Shown here: piece after piece, positions 10,765 through 25,700 of the stretch | How the letters are laid out: each line of letters starts with the position of its first letter | Position numbering within the stretch: the stretch's first letter is position 1 | Source of the DNA: Monocercomonoides exilis PA203 | Lineage: Eukaryota > Protista > Preaxostyla | NCBI GenBank assembly: GCA_001643675.2 | Contig: LSRY02000027.1 | Location: 682,001-746,000 of the forward strand | Length of the DNA stretch: 64,000 bases | Direction of reading: 5' to 3' | Made by a program: the position numbers and the translations under genes | The notes under the pieces: generated by a model | What the model saw: only the letters and a program-made list of their open reading frames with translations | The model's database searches: none | Told to the model about the DNA's origin: nothing

Positions 10765-13700
10765 ATGGAACTAGAAGGAGATGCAAGTAAGTTTCCTATA
10801 GACACATCTCCTGGGACCAAGAATTGGCAAGAAAGAATTTTTAACGAAGGCATGATAATTTGAATTTGTTAATTTTTGACATGTTAAATAAATTGATTTT
10901 ACTCAGAGAAAGAAGAATTTTTAGAAAATTTATTTAAAATTGATCCGTCAGAACACGATAAGAGCTTTATTAATTCAAGTGTTATTTTATTGGAGAAGAC
11001 ATTTATCGCAGATAAAACATTTATTAATGCATTTTGCCTCAAACTTGTTGATGAGCTTAAAGCCAGAGTGACAAATAGTTCTCCGTTGCCTGTATATAGT
11101 TGCATGACATATTTTTCTTGGATTAGTCTGATTATGAGATATGAAAAAGATTTGACAAACAAATTTGCATTGAGTAAGATAATGTCGTCTTATATTGTAA
11201 GAATGTTTAATTGCGTAATGAAAAAGATTTCACAAAGAGATTTTAATGAGATTGTTAAACAAATTGTGAAAACAATGCAGATAACATTTGAAAAAGTTTG
11301 ATTTTTCGCAACTATTTATTTATTTTTATTTTGAATATTTATTAAATCTTACAATATCATTTTTGTGAAATATATTATTCAAATATCTTTTCGAAAAATT
11401 TATTGTTTTTCTCTTTTTTAATTTTTAATTTTTTCTTTGATAAAATATTTTCAGAACGTAAATTTTTTTAGAGAGTTGATATCAACAAGTTTTGACCATG
11501 CATCTACGTTCTGCCATGGTGCAATTTTGATTTCTGCATTGACTGCTTATGCTGGATGGAAAGTTTCGTCAAGAGCTAATTCTACTCTTTCATGCAAGCT
11601 GTTTTATGAATCATTACGTCAAGTGGGAGGCAATGATTGGGGAGGTTATAATTACGATCTAATGGATATTCAAACTGTGGATGACTTGACAACTAAAAAC
11701 AGCTCGGAAATAGAATCATTTTTATCTTTTGAAGGGAACAATAATGACGAGAAAGAATATGAAGAAACAAAAGAAAAAGCAAATTTGTTAGACAACGAGA
11801 TGCAAGAAGGAACTGCTGTAAATCTTGTAGAGGCTTTGCTTCACATTAACCGGCACCCTATTGGAATCCTGTTCCAAGTTCCAATTTTACCACTGTTTTC
11901 GAATAAAACGTCGTTGCCATCAAATGATGATCTTTTATCCAATCGATTGTCAAATAGAAATGGGAAACAAAAATGCACAAAGTCAATAAAGCATCCATTG
12001 TTCTCTATATTTTGTTATTTTTTCTTGTTTCCTTCACTAAATCCACAGTTGATAGGAAGTATCGAAACAAAGTGTTTTTGCGAACAACTTGTCAAAGTAG
12101 TAATTCGAAAGATGAAACAGTTTGAACTATTATTCTTATTGTTTTTTGTATTTCGAAGTAATAATTATAAAATTTAAATATAATTTAATGTCTGACATAT
12201 TTTATCTTCATGAAAATGTTCACATTTGTTGATTTCCTTTTTGAACATCATAAGACTTCCATCATCTCTGTTTGTTTGCAACCAAATAATTCGCTCAGCA
12301 GTAGAATTATTCGAAGATGCATTTGAAGACTATGCCGAGAAGAGCATTTGCACATCTAAACAGCAGCCAAATACACCCGTGCTGACTTTAACTCCTTCTT
12401 CATCTCGACAATCATTCAAGGCATCAATCGAAGAAGAGCGGCTTCAGAACTTGCGGATGCCTGCATTTCCTTTCAGCTATTCCCAGCTTCATGCAATATT
12501 CTCATCGATCGTCTCAGTTGTACCGTTTTTCCCCTCACTCAGCAATTCCTTGGCAGCTGGAGGATCTACATCTTCTCAAACGTCTCCAACATTGGCTTCT
12601 ATTTCTTCACTCCAATTGTCATCTCCCTTGACAGTTCTTATGACTTCTTCTTCTTCTGCATCCTCCTCTTCCTCCTCCTCTTCGTCTTCCACTGATTCAG
12701 CCAACAATAATCCTTTTGACTCAAGTGAAGAGAGCAAAGATTCTTCCCTCTTTCAAACTCCGTTTCCAACACATCTTTCATTTGTTGCTGCCTCAACTAT
12801 TGGAAACATAACATCTTCCTTTCTTATTTTGGATTCCTTTGAAAGTGTGCAAACAGAAGCAAACAACCCAAACATATTGTCATTGATTGACTCAACACCT
12901 CGAATGATTAGCTGCCTGGGTGAAATGGCAAATGCGGACAAAATCTCTCAAGAGCATCAGAGCGGTTCAATACTTCCACTAAGGCATATACACGAAATGA
13001 CAAGACGCATCTTATTTCAGATACGCAACTCTTCCGCTTCTTCAGAACGCGCCACTCTGCATGCATCACTCGAATGCATAGGCCGTGTCCTTTTTGCATA
13101 TCCACTCGAATCTTCACCATTTTATTCTTTTCCATTTGAGTCACAGAATAAGAGCTATTACAAAAAATCATGGAAATACAATGCGTCTTCATTTGAACAG
13201 TTGTCACAACTGAATTTTGCACCTTTTTCTTTATCTCACCATTTAGAGACGTTTTTATTGTCATATTTTTTCTTTGCACCAGCATCTTTACCTCATCTTC
13301 TCTATTTAAATGAGCCATCACGTGTTTCATCGTCCTTCGCTTCTTGTTTGAGCTCCTGTGCTCCGTCAAAGCCTCAGAACACAGTCAGTCTGAGAGAAGA
13401 AATTCCTTCTCATCTTCTTTCTGTCCGCAGTTTATTTTTCTTCCCTCTTCATTGTTCGCTCTATTTGTGTATTGACATGCTAACAAGTTCAACACTTCCT
13501 CTCATTGCTGCATCCATCCACCTGCCAAACACTGCAGACTTTCACTTTGCCTTGTCTGCTGTGGGCATATGGCATTCTCTTCTTTTATCGCTTCTATCGC
13601 GTGCAGACACAGGAGAAGTCAATATGTTGATGAATAGATGGAAAGAAAAACCAAATCAGAGCATAGCAACAAGTATGAGTGCAATGCAACTGAAAGATGC

Positions 13701-16700
13701 AACGAAGGATGAAGAGAGCATCCGCTCTGTTGATTCATCAAATGACTTGTCAGGCGAGAAAGACAGCATCAAACGGACCAACTCCAACGCAACTCTTTCA
13801 CAGGACAAACAGGAAAATAGAGAAGACTCGTATTACCCCGACACATTCTACTGTTTTCCTCCTTTTATTATCACATTCGATAGCGAACTACAGTCTCTCA
13901 TGAAATCTCTGCAAAACGTTCAGTCAATGGCATCATCATCATTGCCTTCTTCCTCCTCTCTGTATTCATCTTCTAAGTTGATGGCTGCTTCTCAGAAGAA
14001 GCCACCAAACTTAAAGATAACGCAAAATATTCAGAGCCCGCAAAAAACGAGAGGAAAGAAAGGAAATAAAATCAGAACGCCTCCTACTACTCCAACTGCA
14101 TCAGAGTTATCATCGCCTCAATCGATGAAATCTTTTCCTTCGTTTTCGTCGTCGTCTTCATCATCAGCTTCTTCTTCTATTGGCTCAACTTCTCCTTCAC
14201 TTTCGTCATCTTACCCTCCTCCTTTTTCTTCGTTATCCTCTGCTTCTTCTCAAATATCAACATCTTTTCTAAATTCTTGTCTGAGCTCGACCACAATCAT
14301 ACCACTTGCCACACATTCTCTCCAACTGATGATGAATGTCATCTTGTTTTATGACACGCTTCTCAAAGGAGGCTCCACAGACGATGTTAGAAAACACATC
14401 TTTCTATCTCTTCTTCTATCATTCTCAGGGTTAGTGAGCATTAATTATGAAATAGATGGAAAAGATAGCGATAAACAACGAATTACATCAACAGCCAAAG
14501 GATTGAGATGTACTGGATATGAAAAATCTGCTCCTCAGTTTCAAGCAGAACGATTGAGCGTATCATCTTCAGAATCATCATTATCACTGTCATCATCAAC
14601 GCTTTCTCCTTCTTTACCTTCCATCCCACAAGCATCACAAGAAAAAGTGCAAATTCCTCCACAGAATCAACAATCACCATTCATTCTGCTCTTTCAGAGA
14701 AGCAGTCTCTGCCGCCTTCTTCTGAACTACTGCTCAAGAGAAGGAGTTCGCTCAAACGTGCGAATGGAGCAGACTCTTAGTGCCATTGTGCTGATCATTG
14801 CATTTGGATGGAAGAGAGAAGAAGCGTTGTTTGCTGAAGACTACAGCACGTGTCTAGCTTTCGAAAATGATTCCGTTGAACATGAAAGTGATGAAGATAG
14901 CGACGAAGATGATCTCAGTGATTTTAACGAGTGTTCTGCTAGCACTGAAATTCCTCTCTCAAAAAGCAATATTTCTTTCTCTTCAAAGCACGAGGGTTCT
15001 TTCATAGAAGGAAGAGAAAGCGCAAATATGGGAAAATTATCCAGCAGTGTATATTCTGCAGCTGACATAGACTTGTCCTCACAGCATTCCACTCCTCGAA
15101 CGATGCAAGTTGGCTTTTCTGATGAGAGGCAGAACGATTTGTTTGGCGAGCCATTATGTCCTGTTTCTCCATCATCCATTCCGATTGCCTCGTCCACATC
15201 AATCTCACCTTCTTCGTTTTCCTCGCTTTGTGCCTCAATCCCCTTTGAATCTTCAATTTCTGCGCTCTCATCTACCACAAAGGTTTATCCACAGAAATTC
15301 CATTTTCACAGCTCAAAGACTTTGATTGTTCCATTTAATACTTCTCGTTTGTGTGCTCAAATAAGCGCGATACAATCAGACATCAGTGAGCTTCACGTGT
15401 TTATATCATTGCTTCCTTTTATTCTCAAGTCCAACCACACCATCAATTCTCTTCAGTCGATTTATTCACAGTCCTTTATCGACTCATTCATTCAAGTGAC
15501 TTGGATAGCTGTATTTCTAATCTCACCAGTTTTCCGCCCTCTGTTCCTTTCTCTTTCTTTGGAGATATTTCACCGTCCTGCTCTGCTCTTTTCTGGATGC
15601 TGCATCTCTCAAGCAGTCAAGGCTTCATTGAACTCTTCGTGCAACGCTGCTCAACTATGCACTTTTGCTTCACAACCTCTGAATGCAAATGCTTCTTCAT
15701 TAACAGTGCCGTCATCTTCAGCATCAGCAGGAACAGTTGGAGCATCTTCTTTTTCATCGTTATCATCCACAACTCAATATCCTTTTCCTTCTTCATCTGC
15801 TTCATCTTCTCCCACATCAATTTCATCTTCACTCTTGTCAACACAACTTCTTTCTTCAATCCCCTTTATTCCTCCTCTCATGACAACTATTCTCTTTCTT
15901 TTCATTCACCCAAACTTCAGAATACGCAACACAATGGGATATATCTGGAACTATGTTCTTTCTCTTGTGCAAATCGCAAGAGACATCCAAACAGCCATTC
16001 AAATTCGACAGAGAGAAAAATTGATGAAGGAGAAAGTAGCAATGAAAGAAGCTAAAAGGCAAATGAAATATCAGTCTATGCTTGTTCCAATTGCAAGCCC
16101 GCATGAAATGCAAGAAGATGAAGGTGGAACAGAAGAGCGCACAGAGAAAAATTTGAGTGATAACGCGATTAGCAACTCTAAAAGTGGAGATTTCAATTTG
16201 TTGTCTGAGCAGGCAGACATTCTATCTGCATCTGAAACAATCAATTCAACCGAATTTCAGATGCCCAAACCAAAAAAAGCGAAATCCGCAGCAAATGAAA
16301 AAAACCAAAAAGGCAATAGCGCACAAGGCGGTGCACAATCAACAAGAATGGGGGGTAGTTCAATTCAGTCGATAAAAAACACTTCAATGTTTACTGCTAC
16401 GACATCCAAATCAGCAGCTGCAGTTTCAAGTACCACATCTCCCATTAATTCACTGTACTTGCTCATTTCCACTTTGTTGATGTCTCCTTCTTCTTCAACT
16501 TGCTCATCTCTAATGTCATCGCTCCTTTCATCTCCATTAAACTTCTCTTTAACCCCTCCAAGCCTTTCTCTTCAGCAGCAAGTAACATTGCTTCGAGATC
16601 TGTACATTTCAACTCTTTTCAACTGCTTTATTCTTCAGCTTCCTTCATACTTGGAATACAACGCTTCTCGCTTTATCTCCTCTTCAACCTCGTATCCGTC

Positions 16701-19700
16701 AACAAACTCTGCAAACAGCTCTATTTCTGATTTAATCTCTGTTGATGACAAACTTATGGAATCTTCTTCAGAAAAGACTTTGAACTATCACAACCTGCTC
16801 CTTCTCCCAATTCACTGTCCAATTTCATTTAACTTGCTTTTTTTCGCGCTTTCTGCTGCTTTAGCTGGCACTTCCAAAGATGTATCTTCTCTTTATGCTT
16901 CTCTGGAAAAGCAAAAAGCAAACAATGAACCTTCGTCAAAACAACGACAGCAAACAAAACAGGGCAACAAGGGAACTCAAACGTTCAAGCAAAACGATCA
17001 ATCAAAGACAAACACATCTCAGCTTCCACAAAAGGCAGTATCTGAATCTCAACAGGTATTTGCGACCGAATCAAAAAAGAAGCGATCTTCAAATCTTTCG
17101 ATGCAGCAGAATCAGGCACAAATCCAGCCGCAAAGTCAAAGCAACAATCCATTCCACCCACTTCATCTCGAAACACCAAACACTTCACATCCTTCATGCG
17201 GCGTCTGCGGAAACATGGAATCACACTTCGGCATTCTCACCCCATGTCAGTGTGCAAAACTGGCACAAATAGCACACTCACCCATCTTTGCTGCTGCTTC
17301 CTCTTCTTCTTCGCTCTCTTCCTCTTCATCAACACCACACAACCGCTTGAATTCATATCCCTTTGCTGACTGCTCAAATGCATTCACTTGGACCCAGCTG
17401 CTTCTGCACTCTCCGTCGCTATGCTTCTGCCTCCAGCAATTATTCACACAAATTGCAGCACATCTGACTGGAGATGACGAAGGAGCAAACACCGAAAGAG
17501 GGTTTCTTCTTCGCTCTTTGGCAATCAATGAAATGAACCAGGTTAAAAACACAGAAGCTTCACAGCAAGAAAAGACAGCTAAAAACGAGAAAAGCGAAAA
17601 AACGCCACTGACATTGGCAGCTAACAATTCATTCACCATTCCCACACTCTTTTCTCCTTCTTCTCTTCCCACATATTCACATCCACTTGCTGTTGATATC
17701 CTGAAGCAATCTTCTCTTTCTGCGCTTTCTTCAATTTCTCCAGTTATCCCTCCTTCTCAATCATCAGTTCTTGCACGTTCTTTGCTGAATGATCTGACAA
17801 ACACCATTTCATTGCTAAAGACATCAACTGCTCTGTCTTCTAATCATCCAAGCTCTTTTGAGATGAATTGCTCATCTCTTTCTTCATTTTATCAATCCAT
17901 TGATTTGTGGAAGAACAATGTTGTCTTTATATTTTCTAAACATGAAATGGCAATTCTGTTTTCTCAGAATGAAGAAGAGTTTATTCCACGAACTGACGAT
18001 GAGCGGTCGATTTTGCAGATGGCACAAGGAACTTCACATGGTTTGAAATATTAAAAAATGAAACGCAAGAAGAGAAAAGAAAGATAAATTCTTTTTGTAA
18101 TTTTGAGAATGAAATAACTTATGCATAATGTTTGACTGAAAATTGATTCTTTTCTTTCTTTCTTTGATTATTATGCAATTACAACAAATTAGTTCGCGCA
18201 TCAAAACCTGAAAGTAGCGCAAAGCCTGCTACGCCTCAGGAGAAATCTCAAAAGCAGAAGGAAGAAAAGGAAAAAGAAGATTCAGATAAACAAGTGTGCT
18301 ATTTTATTATTATTTTTCTATTTGTTTTACAAAATCGTCATTGGTTTATTCTTACACATTTAGCAAATTGAAGCAAAAGAAAAGATCCACAATTTGCTTA
18401 TTCAGCAAAATGAATCAAAAAAGAAGCTGAAAACAGTTCTTAATTTTGTGAACAACACTGTTAAAGTTTGAAATTTAAAACAAAATGATTTTTATATCAT
18501 CATTAACTGATAAATTGTTTGTTTGCGTGATTTTTTTTAGATCTTTTCTGTATTTGCAGCCAGCTGTCCATCTTCTGTCAGGCCTCTTCTTCCTTCTCTT
18601 GTTCCTCTTCTCACATCATCCATCTCATTTCCATTTTTCAAAGATTCAATTCAGGTTTGCTTCATAATGCTTATTTATTTATTCATTTTTTCGTTAAATT
18701 TTGCTAATTATTGTTCATCTTTGAAACACTTTAGTCTATGCTAAGTATTCTCTGTTCCCACATCCAACCTCCGTCTCTTTGCATCAGCCTGAACCGCCTT
18801 CTTCCTTTGTCTTTGGCCCGCTTCTTTGCTCAAAGAACACTCAACCCATCGTTCTTTGGTAGTCAAGAAGTATTCTCTGCACCATCTAATTTATCATCTC
18901 TTTCAAAACCTCTCAAACAAGACAGCACTTCATCCTCTTCAAAAACACCCACTTCGCAATCTACTCTACCAATGTCATCTCAGCCACTCCACACACTCAT
19001 CAAAGCCACATTTCAGATTTTAAGCCCTTCACAGGAAAACACTTCATCGTTGTCGTCCTCCTCTTTCTCATCACCTTCACTTCTTTCAGCTTCTTCTTTT
19101 CTTCTCCTTCTTCCTCTTCTTGAACGGCTTTTACTCACCAAGAACTTGCCTTCCCCCTTTTCATCGCTTCAATTACAAGCCTTTAAAATCCTTTCATCTC
19201 ATTGTGTTCTTCCTCATTCACCACTCTTCCCTCGCGCTTCCATTCACCACATTCTTTTGTCACTTCTTCTTTCGCAGACTTCATTCACAAACTCATCTCG
19301 TCTTCTTCGCTTGCCTTCTTTGACTGTCATGTCAGTTGTAGATACGATCAACACGCTCTCACAAACAACACAGTCGGTTCTTGATATCGCACCGATGCTT
19401 CCATTTCTTCTCCATTCATCGAGTGCTCTTCGAATGATAATCCTTAATTCACTCATTATTTCGCTGCCAGTGCTGATGCAAAGCAGCGAATGGAAAGAAG
19501 AAGAAGCCTCATTTTGGGCGACAATGCATCAGATTCCGATGATGACTCTATCTCCCCTGCTTTCGCATTCACAGGGAGGAAAGTATTTCAGTGGAAGAAG
19601 GAAAAGAGTGCTTTTGATGCAGCTGATTGCATTCATTTGGCTGAGTCGGTGGGACGAAGACGAGGAGTGCCAAAGAATTGCAGACGAGCTGTTGGAGAAA

Positions 19701-22700
19701 GTTTTCATTGAATGCTGTTTAAAGAAGAAGGATGCTGATGGAAAATCGACTAAAAAGGGTAATACGACAATAATGTCTTTGCAATCATCATCATCATCAA
19801 TTGCATCAGAGTATCAAATAAAGCACACATCTTTGCCATTTTTCAATGGATACACACTATTCCCATTGTTCACAGCGCTCAGTCGACCAGAAGAATCAAT
19901 ACGCAGATCAGCTGTATCTGCCATCCTTGGATGTATTGTTACCATACAATCAGAAAGTATTGACAGTAACAGAAAAGGCAAAGGCAAAGGAAAGAAAGAA
20001 AAGAGTTTGGAAAAAGAAGCAAATCAAAATAAAACAAATACATCTCCACAAAATGCAGACTCACAAGATCGAAAGATAAAGGGCACTTCTTCAATTCTGC
20101 CACAAAGCTCTTCATCCTCTGCATTGAATATTCCATCTCATTTTCTTTCTGATTACGAGATCATCAATGAGAATAGCAAGGAGACCAACGAATCTGAATC
20201 CAATGAGGAAAACGAGCCCACGTCATGGTTGGAAACAGCACTCAATCGAGCTGGTCAATGCGTTTCACCATTGTTTGTGTTGGAATGCATGGAAAAGCTA
20301 TACGTTTGTCACTGTGAATGTGATGAAGAAGAGTCTTCCCAAAGAAAAAGTTCCATCAAAAGCGAATTTGACTCTCCAATCTCTTCTCCAACTCCTTTTC
20401 AGTCGTCTCTCTCAGCACCGCTTCTTCTATCTGCCTCTTCCACACTCGATGAGCTGTATGATCCGCTCTTTGATTCTCTTTCTCTTCCATTGTCTGCCCT
20501 CTCTTTGGGCCATCTTCATCCATCTTCACGCAGTACAAGGAATTTGAAAGACAATCAGGCGTTTCTCTCAATTTTGAATCTGTTTCCCGTCCCCATCCCA
20601 TTTTCTCGCCTTTCTTCTCCTTATTCAGCGATGACATCGGCTGCATCTTCATCTTATGATTCGTCATCTTCATCTGTCACAAGTAATTTAGCTTATCCAT
20701 TCCTTGCATCGTCATTTGCATCACTGCTGTGCGGAGTTGCACATACATTTTTCTATCTTTCATCATATCTTCCTGTCTCCTTTTCTCTTCCACCTTTCCA
20801 ATCCAAAAAGCAACAGTCTCGTTCAACTCAGTCTGCATCTTCAGCCACAACTTCTTCGTCATCCTCTCCTTCTCTGCTTCCTTATCAGCCAGCCATCAGA
20901 GTCACTCAGTTTATGGTTGAGCACGGACTCAGCAACGACCTGGAGCGAGTATCACAGACGATGCTATCGGCTGCTTCAAAAATAATCGTCTATTCAATTC
21001 AAAAGGAAAAGAACGAAAGATTGCTGCACACAGATTCAGCTGTCAAAATCAAAGGGCTTCCGCAAACATCCTCAAACAAGAATACATCGTCAGGAGTCGT
21101 TTTTCTTCCTTTTCTTGTTTTTCCTTCTGCTCTCTACCAAATCATTGAGCAAAATTTCACCTCGAAGCGATCCAACCTCCATCCAACTGCTCGTTCAGAC
21201 AGAAACATGGGATGCTTGCTTTTGCTCGCTGCATCATTTGCTTCTTCACTTCCATCATCATCTCCTCAACTGCTTTCTCTTCTCTCACACATCTTCTTCT
21301 CGTTTACCGAAGCCTCAATAACACTGCAAAAGAAGGCTTCAATCGCACTTTCAGTTGTCTTATCATCTCATCCCTCGCTCTTCCGTGCTTTTGCTGCTCA
21401 ATACTCAGATTCTCTTCTAAAGCAAATTCTTTATCCATCACCTTCATCATTCATCACAGTTATGTGTTCTGGAATCAATACATGCGCACAAAACTTAGGG
21501 TTTACGGCATCTTCAGCATCACCTTTAACCTCTTTTTCTCCTTCGTTGCTGTCATCGTCGCAACAAAATTCATTGACTCCGCCTTCACTTCCAGTTGTCA
21601 GGAAAGGTGCTGCATATGCCATTGCTGGATTGGCAGGGGCTGAGTGGACAGCATCTGAAAGAATACGCGATGAGTTAGCTGCTCAACAGGAAAGAGAGTT
21701 CTATGCGAAGGAAAAGAAAGATTCAGAAAAGACCAATTCGAAGGATAAAGGAGGGAAAGCTGGAGAAGCAGAAAAGGAGAAAGAGAAAGCGAAAGACAAA
21801 GAAAACGAAAAAGTGACAAATTCTTCAAAGCAGCAAAGCAAGAAAATTGAAATTTCGCTTGAAGATTTGAGGGTGAAGGATGCTCCAAAAAGCAATACTG
21901 AAAAACACGAAAGAATCGATTGGAAAGAGAGAAACAGGCTGAAAAAAGAGAAGAAAAGAAATGCTCAAATGGCTGCAACATCTGGAATGCCTATGGCATC
22001 CATTTCTTCATCATCTTCATCAGCATTATCTCCACGCAATTCAACTTCCAATTCTCGCTCTTCTGATTCAGCGCAATCAGCGAACATTCCAGACGAGCAT
22101 ATTATAGAAGGAGGCTTAAAATGGCTTGTTAATCAGAGTTCAATCTTCAACAGCATCAAAACAGCTGCCACATCAGACAAATCATCTCTTTCCGCAAAAG
22201 AAGGGGCACTTGTAGCATTTGAGGTGTTCTTCCACAGATTATCAAAAGGTATGGAGCCTTTATTTGGGCAAATATTGCCAATTCTCCTTTCTGCTTTCTC
22301 GGAGACTAACATTGCTGTTAGGCAGGCAGCAAAGGATGCATCAAAGGCACTGATCAGACACTTATCATCGTTTGGCATTAGTTACTTGCTTCCGTCTCTT
22401 CTTTACTCACTGAACCCGAATCAAAAATACACTCCCGGAAGTATTCAACATTCATTTTCGCGTATTTCTGATGCAACATCTCCTACATCTCAGTCGATTT
22501 TGTTATCTCCTTCGCTATCTCCAGTGTTATCATCTCATTCTTCTCCAAATGCGTCATCAGCACCAGTGTCAATTCCGTGGAGAACAAAACAAGGAGCCGT
22601 AGAAATTTTGGGAAGAATGGCTCATTTATCCGCTTCACAAATGTCTCTGGCAATGCCAATTGTTGTTCCAGCATTGACTACTGTTCTAACTGATCCACAT

Positions 22701-25700
22701 CCTCTTGTTCAATCAGCAGCGAAAGCAGCACTGAAGACAATCGCAGGAGTTGTGCGAAATAAAACAGTACAGAAGAAGATGAACGAAGTTATTGATGCAC
22801 TTTGCGATGTGTCAAAAACAGACAAAGTGTTGGTGTTTCTGTTGGACTGTGCTGCTGTGGCGGAGGATGAAGACGAGGGCAACTTCTGGGTGGATGAAAG
22901 AGAATCGGCTTGCGCAAAGAAGAAAAAGAAAAGGAAAAAGAATGCATCTCAAACAACGACAGGAAAAGCAGGACAGTCTGGAAATGATACAAAATCAATT
23001 ATTTCGCGCTCGTCTTTGTATTCTTCGATGTCTGCAGCAACAGTCAAATCCAACTCCAATTCAGTTGCAACGTCAAAGTCGCAATTATCAGCTGCTCCTT
23101 CGGAAGTTTCTTCAATTAATACAAACACTTCTTTTGCGTCATCGTACAACACACAGTTAGATTATGAAGATGAGTTTGCACAAAGCCGAACAAAAATGAA
23201 GTTGGACGCTGCTTCACTTGCACTTCTGGCTCCAATCGTTATCAGAGGTTTGCGTTCCAGAACTCCAACAACAAAAATTTATTCGCTTCGAGCTGTTTCG
23301 GTGATACCAATTTTGCTTCCATTATCTTCTTCGGGCAAACAACAATTAGATCCAACATCTTCCAGTTCGACGTTAACAGATTCTTCAATTGACAAACTCG
23401 GACCTCTTCGCTCTCTCCTTCCTCCATCTCATGTTGCACCTTTTCGCAATCAGATCACAATACTTACACCTTATCTTCCACAGATACTCCCTCAGCTGCG
23501 CTGCTCCATTGTAGATGCTTCCCACATCCGAACAGTCACAGCTGAATGCCTTGAATCCCTCACTCGCTGGCTGGGTGAAGATTCATTGCAGGGAATGCGC
23601 GAGTGGATGGTTGCTGTGTTGGAGAGTGGAGGTGAGTTTTCTCCTAATGCAGATATCAGCAGATCCGCATCAGGATCATTTGACAGAAGCGGAAGTAGCA
23701 TCATTAGCGGAAGTGTGAGTAGCAGCGGAATGGAAAAAGAGGAAGGACGAAGCATCGACGAAAAGAAGATTGAAGAAGAAAGAGGAACGAATATATCCGG
23801 AGCAGCACTTGGCTTGGCTTCAATATTGAGTGTGGGAGGAATAAGGCGTGTGATGGATTTGATTAACGTAACGGCAGTGGGAATGCTATCGTCATCGTTT
23901 CATGTTAGATCAGGCTTTTTGGCATTCTTTAAAGCTCTTCCTGGATTGCTTGGCGCGTCCTCTGAAGCTCTCTTTCCGATGCTGCTACCATTTTTGATTC
24001 ATTGTGCGGGTGATTCTGTCGATAAATGCAGAGAAGAAGCCCATCAAACGTTGGATGCGTTTATCAGAAACTACTGCAATGTGAAACACACATCTGAACA
24101 AAAATTCTTGACAACTGCCACACTTTCGTTTTCTCAGTTAACAACTGCAGTTGTGCAGCATGCAAATGAATTAACACTTGCACCTTTGCTACAGTGGGCA
24201 CTATCAGGATCAAAACCGTTGACACTCATTCCTCCATTGATTGGAGATGTTGTGAGTCAAAACGCCACTTTGAAGACAGCGGCATCAACTTCTTCTTCTG
24301 TCGGTTCTGCTCCATTGTTATCGTCACAACAGCAAAAACAGTTATTGGCTTCAATAGCACTGCAGCCTCTGCCTTCATTCCACATTGTTCTTGGATGTGT
24401 ACTGAGTTGCCTTTCAAATGATCCTAACTGGAGGGTAAGGTTGGCAGCAGCAACAATTATGGAAAAAGTGATCGTCGAAGGGGTTGGAGTTGAAGAGAGA
24501 AAACGACTTGTGAAAGGAAGAAGACAGAGAAGAATGGAGAAAATGAAGAAGAAAGAGGAGGAAAATGCAGAAAATAAATCAAAGCAACGTAAAGCCAAAA
24601 ACAGAAAGGAAATTGAAAAAGAGGAGAAAGCGAAGCTGAAAGAGGAGAAAGAGAAAAAAGAACAGGAAAAGGCCGAACGAGAAAGGGAAAGAGCAAAAGT
24701 TAGAAGAGAAAGAGAAAAGGAAAAAGAAAGAGAAAAACAGAAACGAGATTATCGAAATCGAACAAGTGGTTCTGGAAAGAAGAAAGGAAATAAAGACAGG
24801 AGAAGTGGGACGAGAGGCAATAACGATGACAGTTCAGAGGACAGCAGCTATGCAATTGTATATGACAGCTCAGATCAAGACGATGCAGATAAAGAAGATG
24901 AAAGCGACAACACAGAAAAGAGCGAATTATCCGAGGAATCATCAGTTGAATCAGAAATAGAAGAAGATATTGACAATGAGCGAAACAACAATACTGATTT
25001 CCAAGCTCATGAAGAACTTGCAGCAGATTACGACGACATGCGATCTGATTATATGGAAGATGAATTCGATACAAGCGATTTTGAATTTGTTGATCCAGGA
25101 AACGAATTTGAAGACGAAAGCAACAGTGGCTACCCATATTCCACGCTTCATTTGGACGACGAGATGAGCGAGGATGAATTAACAAAGCAAAATCCTTCTT
25201 TATCGGCTTCGAATCCAGATCAATCAATCACCCAACGACAGTACCAAGTTCATTTTGAGCAGTCTCTTTCTTCGCTTCTCACAGAGACCCAACGAAACGA
25301 ACTGTATGTTTCGCTTTTCCTCGCTCGCTTTGATACGTCAAGGGAAGTTCAACAGAAGGCTGTGAGCGTTTGGAAAGAACTTGTGGACGATCCAAGTAAA
25401 ATTCTGCCATCACTTCTTCCCCTTCTTATTCGCACTATTTCTTCTGTTTTGTCCTCAGCTACCGCTGGATCTTCAAAAATAACTGGTGCTTTATCCTCGA
25501 AGCAACTTTCCGCAAGGCAGTTTTCATTTTCTGGAACAGGAACTTTGATTTTCTCTGCTGAGCAGCCAAATCTTTCGTATGTCCCATCAGAAGCAACATA
25601 TTGGCAGAAAGAGGTTGCTTCATCATGCTTGCAGGATCTCGCAACAAAACATGGAGATCAGGTGTTCACAACGATATTACCATTGCTTACTTCAGATATA

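Noticed and set aside
11296-11301. Stop-codon reassignment or readthrough linking consecutive ORFs (TAR=Gln is known in the oxymonad Streblomastix)
   Set aside because: Resolved ORF breaks are explained by in-phase introns, TAA terminates catalase, CSN2 and eIF4E at the expected ends, and multi-kb exons have no in-frame TAR.
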